From Eledone cirrhosa (Eukaryota): a stretch of DNA of 64,000 nt. Positions within the stretch are counted from its first letter, which is position 1; every line of letters starts with the position of its first letter. The notes below the pieces were generated by a model. The model was not told the origin of the DNA. It searched no databases and was given only the letters and a program-made list of their open reading frames with translations. A program made the position numbers and the translations under genes. Location: positions 343,604,001 to 343,668,000 of the forward strand of contig OZ024740.1 in the NCBI GenBank assembly GCA_964016885.1, in the 5' to 3' direction. Shown piece after piece: positions 39,717 through 54,100 of this stretch.

Positions 39717-41375
39717 TGTATATATATATATATACTTACTTATAAATACATATTAACGATGAGATTCTGCATAGTGTCCGTGCACCAAATTACACTCAAA
39801 AGCTAATGCCTATCCCCTGGTTAAAAGAAGATATTTGCTCAACCCTACTGTACAGGGGAAGGATTGGTGTAGCTACAAAGCAAATTATTTAACCCTACAT
39901 GTTTTCCTTGAAATGTTTTCATATTTGAACATTATTGAAGTTTTTTCTCGAACGTTTATAACAGAGGGGAAACCCTATCACTTAGTTTTCTTCCGTTAAA
40001 TTCCCAACTTCCCTCTTCATATACTGCTTTAGAAATTTATTCTACACAGGTTAGTATTTATACTATTTATGCTAAGTTGTATAATTTGTACTAATTCCTA
40101 ATATTTATAGGGTGGTGAATTGGCAAAGTCGTTACAAAGTCGGATAGAATGTTCTGCAGTATTTGTTCCATCTCTCTGCACATTGAGTTCAAATATAGCT
40201 GAGCATAACATCGCCTTTCATCATTTCGAGGTTGATAAATATAGACAGAACCGGAGCATTATTGGGCCGATTCTTTCACTAGACCTCTTTCTCACTGCCC
40301 ACCTCTCACTCATTGGAAGAAAGTGGCTGTGTTCATATCAGAGGAGGGATGATCACTGCTAGGTTTAAGATGCCCAAGAGACACCGTATCAAAGCCGTTC
40401 TTACGAGATTATAAAGAATTAAGGTTCCATGGCATGGCTTGGCATATTTTTGTTACTACTTTATGCTACAACCGATTAGCATTTAAAGGATATCTTTATA
40501 GGATCTCGGATCAGGTATAGTAAGCAGTCTTTGTAACTTGGGTAGTAGTAGAACCAGATGAAATATTTTGTATTGTGGCCCGATCTATTACAAATATCAA
40601 CCAAATCATATTTAAATCATACTTTACCGTATTAAATAAAGACAGACAGACTGGACAATGAAGTCCCAGTTATACAAAAAGGCAGGACGGTTATATCTGG
40701 AATTTCTTTGAGCAAGGCTGGCCTGCGCTTAAGTAAGCACAATATATAGAATAGAATAGCTTCCATCAAATTGCTGACCCACAAAATAACGATGCTAAGT
40801 GTGAAAGGCTTATGGCAGTGTAGTTATAAATAACATGTGAAAAGATATCACTACAGGCAATATCTCGCCATAGTATTCATCAGAAACATCAAAACAACTA
40901 CATACTGATTCATATTGAACTATAAGGAATGGAGGAGTGGGAGCTTCTGATATTTATGAATTTCTTAAGAATGATGTAGCTACGACGAGGAAATTGGAAA
41001 TAAGTCACTGAATTGATTCACCGACTACAAGGCAACTAGGTTACGAATATCGTCATAATAGAACATACATACACATGAAAGCATATTCAGATACATTTAT
41101 AACGAGATATATGTATATATGTATATATCCTTGTTACATATATTTAATAGAATTCACATAAAACAAAGATTTTTTTATTGACATTAACAACACTATAATT
41201 GTAATTATCCTCGCTGTATAACATTCATGAATTTACAAATCATTCCATAGATGTTTGATTGTCTTCTTCTTCTTCTTCCTCTTCTTCGTTGTTGTTATTG
41301 TAATATTTAATGTTTTTGCTGCAAGGTAATAAATTGTTTTCTAAAATCCTTTGATCCTAAATCAAAGACAAAATA

Positions 41376-41540
41376 TAAAATAAATAAAATAAAATAAAAT
41401 AAAATAAAATAAAATAAAATAAAATAAAATAAAATAAAATAAAATAAAATAAAATAAAATAAAATAAAATAAAATAAAATAAAATAAAATAAAATAAAAT
41501 AAAATAAAATAAAATAAAATAAAATAAAATAAAAATAAAA
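41376..41540. repeat. (AAAAT)n pentanucleotide array
   Basis: Direct inspection. Confidence 0.97.
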
Positions 41541-42003
41541 ATGAAAGGTGGGCGAGAAAAGAAAAAAAAAATGAATGAAATTAAGACAACAACAACAAAA
41601 AAAAAAATGAAAATTTTCGTTTCACATCGTAGTTGCAGATTTGCACTCGTAATGTACCGGACGTGGACGACTACAATACATCATTGCTATATTCACAACG
41701 AAATAAGATATGCAAATAAAAGAGGTTATACGTAATCTAATAGTCCTTCAGGTAAACTGGTAAAGGCCAATGAGAAGGCTGATAAATACATTTTCAGTTG
41801 TATTTTTTTCTTTAAATTGTTCTAACAATTTGTTTGTTGTGGGTGTTCAGGCCAACAGCCCATTGCTTTTTCAACTGAAAGAAACCCTATATGTTTTTTC
41901 CCTTGCCTTCAAAATCTTTCTCATTTTTATTTTGATTGTTTTTATTTTGTTCATGCTTATCCACTGTTTAATAAAGCGTTTTCATGTACACATGTGAAAT
42001 TAT

Positions 42004-42074
<71 letters not shown>

Positions 42075-42371
42075 CATATTATATCTATCTATCTATCTGT
42101 CTCTCTGCTTGTCAATTTTCTCTCTATATGTCACTCACTAGCACAAAGTTTGGCGTAGGTGTTTTGCTGTTATTGTTATTCCTGTGTGTATTTTCATTCT
42201 GTTGTAAGTGGTGGTGTTGATTGTGGCAGTGATGGAGTTGGTATTGTTGCAAATTTGTCTTGTTTTGGATGTGTGTGATTTGGGGTTTTTCGAGAGTATG
42301 TGTTCGGTTGAATGCAGCTGTGCATTGATTTTAGTTTCTTTTTGGTCTTTATCTATTTATTATCATTATTA

Positions 42372-42578
42372 TTGACAGAATTGGTAGAGCATCGTACAAC
42401 ATGCTGTGCAGCATAGAATTACGGCCCTTTGCGTTGTGAGTTCAAATCCCGCCGAGGTTAGCTTTGCCTTTCATCCTTAGGGGTCGATAAAATAAAGCAC
42501 CAATAATGCACTGGGATCGATTTAATCGACTTTTCCCTTCTCCAAAAATTGTTGGTCTTGTACTTAGAAACTATTATC
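42372..42578 (+). mobile_element. SINE-A (long subtype)
   Basis: gagttcaaatcccgccgaggtt..gcctttcatcc..ggggtcgataaaataaag, plus the internal gatcgatttaatcgac segment. Confidence 0.88.
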
Positions 42579-43651
42579 ATTCGTAACGCTTTTGTTCTAG
42601 CAGATTTTATACCTAGACTATACCAAAAGAGCGAACCATAGCCAATGGCATAGCCAATGGCATGGCCAATGGCAAAACGTCCTTTGGGCCATTTCTTCTC
42701 CATCAACTTTGACCGGCAACCGCTCTGTATAATCAGTTCCTGATTATTACTAGAAATTCTATAAGAATCAAACATTCATGATCTTCAGCAAACAGGTGGA
42801 GTACTTGGCTTTGATAAGTACCAATCAGTACGAAACATAGCTCTGTCAGCTTTATCTCCCCTGTTTGTTGAAAATGTAAAGTAAATAAGACTGTCACTAC
42901 TCTAAAACAATAGCATAAGGTCTTCGAAATGCTTTTAATTAAGCATACAGTGTATTGCAAAATACACTACATATACATTCATATATATATAGCTATTTCA
43001 GAGCGCCAATTCTAATATATATGTATATATATATATATATATAAGTAGAAGTTGTATTTAATTTGTTGGAAGTCCGACAAACATAAATGTTTATATATGT
43101 ATATATATGTATATATATGTATATATATGTATATATATGTATATATATATATGTGTATATATATATATATGTTTGTGTTTATGTGTGGTCATCCGTGTAA
43201 ATGTGTGTACTAAATCCATATTCATGATGATGATTCTACGACATATATAGATAGCAAGCAACAGACATGAGCTATACGTCTTAGTGGTTTACAACACATT
43301 ACAATGATAACATGAATTGGTTTCATTTTTTCCTAGAATAAATCTGTGTATCATTTGATGGGGAAAATATAAAAGACAAAAGAAGAGAAGGAAAGATATT
43401 TCTGTCAAGACAATAAGCGTGGACCACACGTACAAGAAAATATGAGAATTCTTTCTTTTGCACTAATATCCTTTTTACTGCACGTTAATATATTTTTCTA
43501 TCTTTTATGGTATCACAAAGTACATGAATATATTATCAATAGTAATACTACATGATGAGAAAAGATCATCTTATTATCTTATGTAAATTTGACAGCAGAA
43601 CAAAGAAATAAAATATAATTTCTAGAATATATGTATCTATGCGTGGTTGCT

Positions 43652-43698
<47 letters not shown>

Positions 43699-43732
43699 GT
43701 CTGCCTCTCTATTTCGTTCCCGTCCAAATTTG

Positions 43733-43784
<52 letters not shown>

Positions 43785-44345
43785 ATATCTGTGTGTGTGT
43801 CTGTGTGGGTGCAGGTGTTTTGCGTATATCTATACAATGTATCAATGTATCCATATATACACACATACATACACGCACATACATTTACACACATAAGTAC
43901 ACGTGTTTGCAAATATGTGTGTGTTTATTTTATTATAACTGTAAAGTTGTTCCTGTGGCTCAAATACCAGGAGTTTCGTACTTATGTACACCTCTTCAAC
44001 TTGGTTGTTTTTCGTACAATCAAGACTATTCTTGCTGTATGTAAACATCATCTGTTTTTAAACCAATCATAACATATCTTGATTAAGATACTAGGTCAAT
44101 ACGCCCTGATGAGTATTTCACTGGCAGAAACAACATATCCTGTAACAAGGTATCGTCAGTGATTTAGACTGTATTACCGTTTATGTTTATAGTGTATATA
44201 CTCGCGCACACATACACACATATATGAGTGTGTACGTGTGCGTGTGTGTAGCAGTGTTGCTGCGAGGTGCATGTGCATATGTATATGCGAGTAAACATAT
44301 AAATACACACACACAAACACACACACAAACACACACACAAACACA

Positions 44346-44486
<141 letters not shown>

Positions 44487-44697
44487 GCCATTTAAGTTAT
44501 TTTGATCAGCTAAGTGTAGAACTGGTGGTTCTGGTAGGCAAATCTGATGCAACGAATTAATAAAGCTCTCGATGTTATGTAGTGGTTGGCGCAGGAACGG
44601 AGTAAAGCATTTAAAAGAACAACAGAAGGCCGGACTGGAAGATATGCAGTAAATTTTAATTCCGTGAAATCACTGTATATATTTCAATGGCCCAGCT

Positions 44698-44779
<82 letters not shown>

Positions 44780-45577
44780 ATATGTATACTCGTACATGTC
44801 GTGTACCTCCCACCGACACTGCCACAGACAGACACACGCACGTACAAACTCATATATAACATTAAAATATAAAGCTTCTTCAATCGTAATTATGGGTTTC
44901 ACGTTGCCGATTATTTAATCCATTGGGGTAGAGATACAACGGGACAAAATATAAGCAAAAATATAAATAATAATGTTGAATGTTGAGCTGGTGCCAAAAA
45001 CATAGATGTATTTAAATTGCATATATATTCATCTATTCACAAGAACCTCACAGTTTTGTTTTTAGTATCATATATGTAAATCAAGCGCAATCTAGGGGGT
45101 GAGTATTGTCAATGAAGTGTTGATGAATGATTGAACCTTTTTTTTTTTTATTTTCATTAAAAAAACCATCTTTCAGTTTATAAAAACTCCATAATGCGAG
45201 AAATAAATTATTTTAGTCAGTTGGTAGTTGGAAATTCCTCAATGAATATCTATAAAATGTAAGAATAGATTATACAACAAATCAATACAAACACGCAACA
45301 AAAGAACCTTCTCTGAATAAAACTATTGTAGCCTCATCATGTCCGATGTTTCATAGGCAGGTGAAATGTTTGTCTAGTCTGTCAGATGCCTGTCATAAAT
45401 CTTATGGTGGACATGAACGATTAGGCTTGTGCTGTTGTGCTGTACGTGCTTATGAAACTCCGAGTAATAAAGCTTTAGTCAAAAGCCGTTGACAGACGAA
45501 TATAAACTCTATACAATGTAATGTAACGTAATTTAATGTAATGTCTATCTGTATGTATATATGTAATGCAATGTAAA

Positions 45578-45608
<31 letters not shown>

Positions 45609-46219
45609 TGTATGTATGTATGTATGTATGTATGTATGTATGCAGAACGTTCTGATGTCTGTGTATTTTCAGGGATAGTTAGTGAAACCATTGGAACAGA
45701 TACACCAGTGTGTGAACTCTGGCTTATGAGTTCGGTGTACCAAAGACAAAAAGAAATAGTTACCGCCTGACAATAGTGTTCGCTGTAAGCTTAATCAATA
45801 ATATCGATTATCTTAGCCAATGACAGTAAGTTGTTCAATATACAGGCGGCATATACGAGCCAGCATTTGTACAGACGTTGACAACAGGAAGAGGCTACAA
45901 TAGTTTTATGCATAGAAGGACCTTTGTTATGAATTTGTATTGATTGCTTCAGCAGGTCATATTATAGGTTGAATAAATGTCCGATATGTTACAATGAATG
46001 ACTGAATGGCTGAATGGCAGAATGACAGACTGACTGAATGAATGAATAAATAAATATATATATGAGTTAAAACAATAAGAAAACAATAAAACAATCAAAT
46101 AAATAGATACATAATTTGTTATATTTCAGTGAAATACAACAGCTACAACATTATCGACAACAACAACAACAATAATGACTACACCATTATCCACAACAAC
46201 AATAACAACAACGACAATA

Positions 46220-46902
46220 AGTATTTCTGACATAGACACAATGTCAGATATTTAGCGGAAGAAGTATTTCATTGGAAATTATTTTATCGAATTTGGAAGG
46301 TTGAAAGACAAAGTTGACCTTAGTTGGATTTGAACTCAGTACTTAAAGAGCCGTAACTAAATACCGTGACGTATTTTGTCCGATACTCTAACGGGCCTGG
46401 CAACCGTAATAAGCTCTGTTAGGCATAGCCGACATCGTACGTAAGACACTCTCAATGACATCCCTCAAACAGTACTCTTTGCACAACAAAAACACTATAT
46501 AATCAAATTCAATAAAATAATTGTTTCGGCTTTTGGCAATTACTGGTGCTTTATTTTATCGAACCCGTAAGGATGAAAGACAAAGTTGACCTCAGAATTA
46601 TTTGAACTCAGACCGCAAAGGGCCGTAACTCTATGCAGTAAAGCATGGTGCCCGGCCTTCTACCGATACTGCCAATTCACCAATTCAGTAAAATGATGAT
46701 TTCTAGTATAGAGGCCAGTAATTTGGAGGAAGGGGAAAGTCGATTAAATCGACCCAGTACGTTACTGGTGCTTTATTTTATCGACCCCGTAAGGATGAAA
46801 GGCAAAGTTGACATCTGCGGGATTTGAACTCAGACCGTAATAGACCGTATCTCTATGCTGTAAAGCATGGCGTCCGACCCTTTACCGATACAGCCAATCC
46901 AT
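46220..46902 (-). mobile_element. SINE-A cluster (one old copy, two tandem younger copies)
   Basis: Core motif at about 46280-46340 (diverged), 46540-46684 and 46695-46902. Confidence 0.85.
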
Positions 46903-47068
46903 CAATTCAACAAAATAATACAACTGAAAGACGTAAAACTCTACAGAATCAACGCCAAATAAAATATCACAACATACACCCCTACACTACAAGACGAATA
47001 ATTCATACAACTCATACTCTACACATCTCTAACCAACTAATATTACACAAACCTCCCACCAAGTGTTA

Positions 47069-47280
47069 TACGTGGATTGACTGAAACGTTCATAGGCTGA
47101 CAAGTTCAGAGACTAACCATGATACTCTTATAGAATGACTAAATAGGGTTTATTTTTCAACATAGTACCTAGAAAGATACAATGCAGTTATTAATAGGTT
47201 GAAATTAATGCAGGAATATTTCACAGTGCTAGTAACATTCCTTCATAGTCAACCTATGAAGTTTTCAGCCCATTCTCGTA
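47069..47280. mobile_element. Tc1/mariner-type MITE, copy 2
   Basis: Colinear with 15079-15293. Ends cctatgaagttttcagcccattctcgTA. Confidence 0.72.
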
Positions 47281-47989
47281 TGTATTGGTCACTAAGATAC
47301 ACAGAAACATTTATACAGCAGAGAGGAAACCAAAACACCACCCAACAAAATATCACAACTTACGTTGCACATATTCTGCATAACAGACGAAATACTAAAA
47401 TATCACCAGAAACAGAAAACCAAACCTTACACCCGCAAAAAACTGATAACAGCACAGTTTTGCACTTACCAAAAGACAATGCTTCACACACATAAGGAAT
47501 ACGGTGATGCAGTAGAAACTCACATGAAACTGTTGAAAGCACAATGCTAATAATTGCTTCAAATTGAGGCTCAAAGCCAGTAGATTATTTTCGGTGGGGG
47601 AATACGTTGATTGGTACTTTCTTTTATCAATCACAGAAGGATGAAGGCAAAGTTGACCTTGGTGAGATTTGAACTCAGAATGTTTACAGTTTGAGGGCCA
47701 TAATTAAATGCATGCATGGTCCTGTAACTCCTGAAGGAGTCGTAGTAGCGCCGTAGTGGAATACGGCGGTACTATGATATTTTAAAGTATGGCAGAGTCC
47801 ATCTCCTCTTTAGGTCTGAACGCAGTAGATTTCTTTCAGAGAAGGTTAGAGAGTGAGAGAATGGAATTAAAAAGAGAGACACAGAATGAAGAATCAACCC
47901 AGGATGAAAATCAAATTTGATTTCGGCGGAATTTGAACCCAGAGAGCAGAGAGCCGGAGCGAATATCGCAAAGCATTCTATCCGACATT

Positions 47990-48940
47990 ATTGGCAGTAT
48001 GCTTTGAAGCATAGAGTTACGTCCCTTTATGATCTGAGTTCAAATCCCGCCGAGGTTAACTTTGCCTTTCATCCGTACGGGGTCGATAAAATAAAGTACC
48101 AGTAATGCACTGGGTAATTGCTGGCCTTGTGCCAAATGTAGAAACAATTATTGGCAGTATCGGTAGAGGGTCGGACGCCATGCTTTGAAGCATAGAGTTA
48201 GACCTCTTTACGGTCTGAGTTCAAATCCCGCCGAGGTTAAGTTTGCCTTTCATCCTTACGGGTCGATAAAATAAAATACCAGTAATGTACTGCCATAATT
48301 GCTGTCCTTCTACCAAAAGTAGAAACAATTATAACGACTCTGCCTTCCATAACAAAATATCGCATGGCAAATAACTAAAAGGACGTAACTAAATAACGCA
48401 TGGCATATTTAATCCACCTCAAAAGATCCTACCATATAACATAATAATTGTTTCTACTTTTGGCACAAGGCCAGCAATTAACCAGTACATTACTGGTACT
48501 TTATTTTATCGATCCCGTAAGGATGAAAGGCAAAGTCAACCTAGCGGGATTTGAATTTAGAACGTAAAAGGCCATAACTCTATGCTGAAAAGCATGGTGT
48601 CTGACGCTCATCCAATACTGCCAAATCAGCGCCCTTAATAATGATTTCTAATATAGGCACACAATCAGTAATTTGGGAAGGGGAATGTCGATTAAATCGA
48701 CCCCAGTGCGGGACTGGTACTTTATTTTATCGACCCCGTAAGGATGAAAGGCAAAGTTAAACTCGGTGGGATTTGTACACATATCATAAAGGACCATAAC
48801 TCTATGCTGCAAAGCATAGTGTCTGACGCTCTACCGATACTTCCAATCCATCGCCCTTAATAATAATAATAATGCTTTCTAGCATTGGTACGAGGCCAGC
48901 AATTTGGGGAAAGTGGAAAATCGATTACATCAACCAGTGG
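47990..48940. mobile_element. SINE-A cluster: two plus copies facing two full and one partial minus copies
   Basis: Plus copies at about 47990-48150 and 48150-48331. Minus copies at about 48442-48634 and 48636-48856, with a partial copy at 48857-48940. Confidence 0.9.
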
Positions 48941-49155
48941 TAGTAGTAGTAGTAGTAGTAGTAGTAGCAGCAACAGTAGTAGCAGTAGTCGTAGCAGTAG
49001 TAGTAGTAGTAGTAGTAGTAGTAGTTGTTTTTGTTGTTGTTGTTGTTGCTGTTGTATATGCCAAGCATTGCCATCTGATGACGTTGCTTTTATGCGGTGT
49101 TGGGGATATATCATGCAGTAAATCTCTTGAGCAGAGGTCAGAATCCGACACACAC

Positions 49156-49186
<31 letters not shown>

Positions 49187-49497
49187 TACACACACACATA
49201 CACACTGACATATACAACCACACATATTTCTATTTTTATTCTCTTCGCCTCACTAGATCTATAAGATCAAATGGACAGTAGAAGGCCTCGGTTTTTGATT
49301 TGTATGCTAATGTCAATAAATGAATAAACAAGCAAACAAATAAAGAAGCACATCTCCCGCCCTCGACCCCAGTGAGCTTAGCCTTGTTATCATTTGCTCT
49401 TGTGACATTAGATGTGATCGGAAAAGACACTGATGAGCTGTCCCGAACGTGACTGGGCTTTCGGTTTGATGTAAACCTGCCTTTATGGCATACATAA

Positions 49498-49651
49498 CAT
49501 CATCATCATCGTCATCATCATCATCGTCATCATATTCGTCGTCGTCGTCGTCGTAGTCGTTGTCATCTTCAACATCACCGTCATCATCATCATCATCATC
49601 ATCATCATCTTCATCATCTTCATCATTATCGTCGTCGTTGTCCTCGTCATC

Positions 49652-49683
<32 letters not shown>

Positions 49684-49697
49684 AGTCGTCGCCAACG

Positions 49698-49734
<37 letters not shown>

Positions 49735-50275
49735 AGTCGTCGCCAACGTCATCATCATCATCATCATCATGGTCGTCGTCAACGTCATCATCTTCGTCAT
49801 CATCATCATCGTCATCATAGTCGTCGTCAACGTCATCATCTTTGTCATCATCATCATCGTCGTCATCGTCGTTGCCATCGTCATCATCATCATTATCACC
49901 AATAATAACAGCTAGTATTATTACCAGAGGGCGGTGGATTGGCAGTATCGGTAGAGGGTTGGACGCCATGCTTTCTAGCATAGTTACGTCCCTTTACAGT
50001 CTGAGTTCAAATCCCGCCAAGGTTAATTTTGCCTTTCATCCTTACGGGGTCGATAAAATAAAGTACAAGTAATGCACTGGGTAATTTGCTGGCCTTGTGC
50101 CTAAAGTAGAAACAATTATTACCACAGACCTACAAAGAACAAGAACAAAAATCAAAACAACGTAAAACATAAAGCAAAACACAGATCCCCCTCCTCCGCA
50201 CCCTAATACTACTACCACCACCATCACCACCACCACCATCACCACTACCACCACCACCATCACTACTACTACTAT

Positions 50276-50307
<32 letters not shown>

Positions 50308-51025
50308 TAAGAACAAAAAAACTGGATCAATAAGTAAAATGCAACATAAAAATACAAAAAGAAAAAACAACTGCAACGACAAACAACGGTGAATGTGGCG
50401 ACAGACGCAACTGAGCTACAACAATAACAACAACAACTGCTGTAATAGAAGGAAAGAAAACGGTAACAATGACTGCAACAACAACAACTACAACAACTAA
50501 AACAGCAACATCAATAACAACAACTGCTATAGTAGAAACAAAACGGTAACAACGACGACTCGACAACAACAACAACAACATCAACAACAACAGCAACAAC
50601 AGCAACAACAACAACAACAGCAGCAACAACAGCAACAACAGCAACAACAGCAACAACAACAACAGCAACAAAAACACCAGCAACAGCAACAACAACAGCA
50701 ACAACAGCAACAACAGCAACAACAACAACAACAACAGCAACAACCACAGCAGCAACAACGGCAGCAGCAACAACAGCCACAACAGCCACAACAACAGCAA
50801 CAACAACAATAACAGTAGAAGCAACAGCAGAGCCAGAATAACGACAGGAACGACAACAACGGCGTCCATCATAACCCCCACCCCACGACGACGACGACAA
50901 CAACAACAACAACAACAGCAGCAACAACAGAAGCAGCAGTAAAGCAAAAATAACAACGACGACAGCAACAACGACGTCCCCCATAACCACGACAACAACA
51001 ACAACAACAACAACAACAAACAACT
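49498..51025. repeat. (CAT/CGT)n, (ACC/ACT)n and (CAA/CAG)n triplet fields, interrupted by a SINE
   Basis: Direct inspection. Confidence 0.93.
49930..50120 (+). mobile_element. Full-length SINE-A (short subtype)
   Basis: ggcggtggattggcagtatcggtagag (A-box), gagttcaaatccc (B-box), core, then gtagaaacaattatt. Flanked by attattacca on both sides. Confidence 0.92.
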
Positions 51026-51179
51026 AAATAACATTCATGAGCATAAGCTTGGTTTTCTGTTGAAATTTTAGTTTATATTTTAATTGTTGGGATTGAAACT
51101 ATTGTTATTTTACTTCTTTAACAGATAGACTGTACTGGAAACTTCCATGTTGTTGGTATAGAAATACATTAATGTCGTG

Positions 51180-54100
51180 GCTGGGGTTGTAGTATTGGTG
51201 GTGGTAGTATTGGTGGTGGTGGTATTGGTGGTGGTATTGGTGGTGGTATTGGTTGTGGTTGTAGTATTGGTGGTGGTATTGGTGGTGGTATTGGTGGCGG
51301 TATTGGTGGTGGTATTGGTGGTGGTATTGGTGGTAGTATTGGTGGTGGTATTGGTGTTGACTTTGGTGGTAATATTGATGTAGTATTAGTGGCAGTATTG
51401 GTGGTGGCATTATTGGTAGTATTGGTGGTGGTATTGGTGGTGGTGGTAGTAGTGGTAGTGTTGGTTGTATTGGTAGAAGTATTGTTGGTAGTAACGGTGG
51501 CGGTATCGGTGGTGCTATTGGTGGTAGTATTGGTGGTGGTATTGGTGGTGGTGGTAGTATTGGTGGTATTATTGTTGGTGGTGGTGGTAGTATTGTTGGA
51601 GGTATTGGTGGTGGTGTTAGTATTGGTGGCAGTATTGTTGGTAGTATTGGTGGTGGTATTGGTGGTGGTATTGGTGTTGACTTTGGTGGTAGTATTGATG
51701 GTGGTATTGGTGGTGGTATTGGTGGTGGTATTGGTGGTGGTATTGGTGGTGGTATTGGTGGTGGTATTGGTGGTGGTATTGGTGGTGGTATTGGTGTTGG
51801 TATTGGTGGCGGTATTGGTGGTAGTATTGGTGGTGGTATTGGTGGTGGTATTGGTGGTGGTATTGGTGGTGGTATTGGTGGTGGTATTGGTGGTGGTATT
51901 GGTGGTGGTATTGGTGGTAGTATTGGTGGTAGTATTGGTGGTGGTATTGGTGTTGACTTTGGTGGTAGTATTGATGGTGGTATTGGTGGCGGTATTGGTG
52001 GTAGTATTGGTGGTAGTATTGGTGGTGGTATTGGTGGTGGTATTGGTGATGGTATTGGTGGTGGTATTGGTGGTGGTATTGGTGGTGTTATTGGTGGTGG
52101 TATTGGTGGTGGTATTGGTGGTCTTAGTATTGGTGGTGGTATTGGTGTTGGTATTGGTGGTGGTATTGGTGGTGGTATTGGTGGTGGTATTGGTGGTGGT
52201 ATTGGTGGTGGTATTGGTGGTAGTATTGGTGGTGGTATTGGTGGTGGTATTGGTGGTGGTATTGGTGGTGGTATTGGTGGTGGTATTGGTGGTGGTATTG
52301 GTGGTCTTAGTATTGGTGGTGGTATTGGTGGTGGTATTGGTGGTGGTATTGGTGGTGGTATTGGTGGTGGTATTGGTGGTGGTATTGGTGGTGGTATTGG
52401 TGGTGGTATTGGTGGTCTTAGTATTGGTGGTGGTATTGGTGGTGGTATTGGTGGTGGTATTGGTGGTGGTATTGGTGGTGGTATTGGTGGTGGTATTGGT
52501 GGTGGCATTGGTGGTGGTATTGGTGGTCTTAGTATTGGTGGCGGTATTGGTGGTGGTATTGGTGGTGGTATTGGTGGTGGTATTGGTGGTAGTATTGGTG
52601 GTAGTATTGGTGGTAGTATTGGTGGTGGTATTGGTGGTGGTATTGGTGATGGTATTGGTGGTGGTATTGGTGGTGGTATTGGTGGTAGTATTGGTGGTAG
52701 TATTGGTGGTAGTATTCGTGGTAGTATTGGTGGTGGTATTGGTGGTAGTATTGGTGGTAGTATTGGTGATGGTATTGGTGATGGTATTGGTGGCGGTATT
52801 GGTGGCGGTATTGGTTTTGGTATTGGTGGTGGTATTCATGGTGGTATTGGTGGTGGTATTGGTGGTGGTATTGGTGGTGGTATTGGTGGTGGTATTGGTG
52901 ATGGTATTGGTGGCGGTATTGGTGGCGGTATTGGTTTTGGTATTGGTGGTGGTATTCATGGTGGTATTGGTGGTGGTATTGGTGGTGGCATTGGTGGTGG
53001 TATTGGTGGTGGTATTGGTTTTGGTATTGGTGGTGGTATTCATGGTAGTATTGGTGGTGGTATTCATGGTGGTATTGGTGGTGGTATTGGTGGTGGTATT
53101 GGTGGTGGTATTGGTGGTGGTATTGGTGGTGGCATTGGTGGTGGTATTGGTGGTGGTATTGGTTTTGGTATTGGTGGTGGTATTGGTGGTGGTATTGGTG
53201 GTAGTATTGGTGGTGGTACTGGTGGTGGTATTGGTTTTGGTATTGGTGGTGGTATTGGTGGTGGTATTGGTGGTGGTATTGGTGGTAGTATTGGTGGTGG
53301 TACTGGTGGTGGTATTGGTTTTGGTATTCATGGTAGTATTGGTGGTGGTATTGGTGGTGGTATTGGTGGTGGTATTAGTGATGGTACTGGTGGTGGTATT
53401 GGTTTTGGTATTGGTGGTGGTATTGGTGGTGGTATTGGTTGTGGTATTGGTGGTGGTATTGGTGGTGGTATTGGTGGTGGTATTGGTGGTGGTATTGGTA
53501 GTGGTATTGGTGGTGGTATTGGTGGTGGTATTGGTGGTGGTATTGGTAGTGGTATTCATGGTAGTATTGGTGGTGGTATTGGTGGTAGTATTGGTAGTGG
53601 TATTGGTGGTGGTATTCATGGTAGTATTGGTGGTGGTATTGGTGGTGGTATTGGTGGTGGTATTAGTGATGGTACTGGTGGTGTTATTGGTTTTGGTATT
53701 GGTGGTGGTATTGGTGGTGGTATTGGTTGTGGTATTGGTGGTGGTATTGGTAGTGGTATTCATGGTAGTATTGGTGGTGGTATTGGTGGTGGTATTGGTA
53801 GTGGTATTGGTGGTGGTATTCATGGTAGTATTGGTGGTGGTATTGGTGGTGGTATTGGTGGTGGTATTAGTGATGGTACTGGTGGTGGTATTGGTATTGG
53901 TGGTGGTATTCATGGTAGTATTGGTTGTGGTATTGGTGGTGGTATTGGTAGTGGTATTGGTGGTGGTATTGGTGGTGGTGGTAGTATTGGTGGTATTATT
54001 GTTGGTGGTGGTGGTAGTATTGTTGGAGGTATTGGTGGTGGTGTTAGTATTGGTGGCAGTATTGTTGGTAGTATTGGTGGTGGTATTGGTGGTGGTATTG

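Noticed and set aside
44106-44135. CTGATGA...GAAAC hammerhead-like spacing (also CTGATGA at 49430)
   Set aside because: No pairing for stem II, I or III.
49313-49981. 222-aa poly-Asp ORF resembling an acidic biomineral protein
   Set aside because: The start lies in an antisense SINE and the body is a (GAT/GAC)n microsatellite. No other coding support.
49930-50020. tRNA gene
   Set aside because: A/B boxes are present but there is no cloverleaf, and the sequence continues into the multi-copy SINE body.
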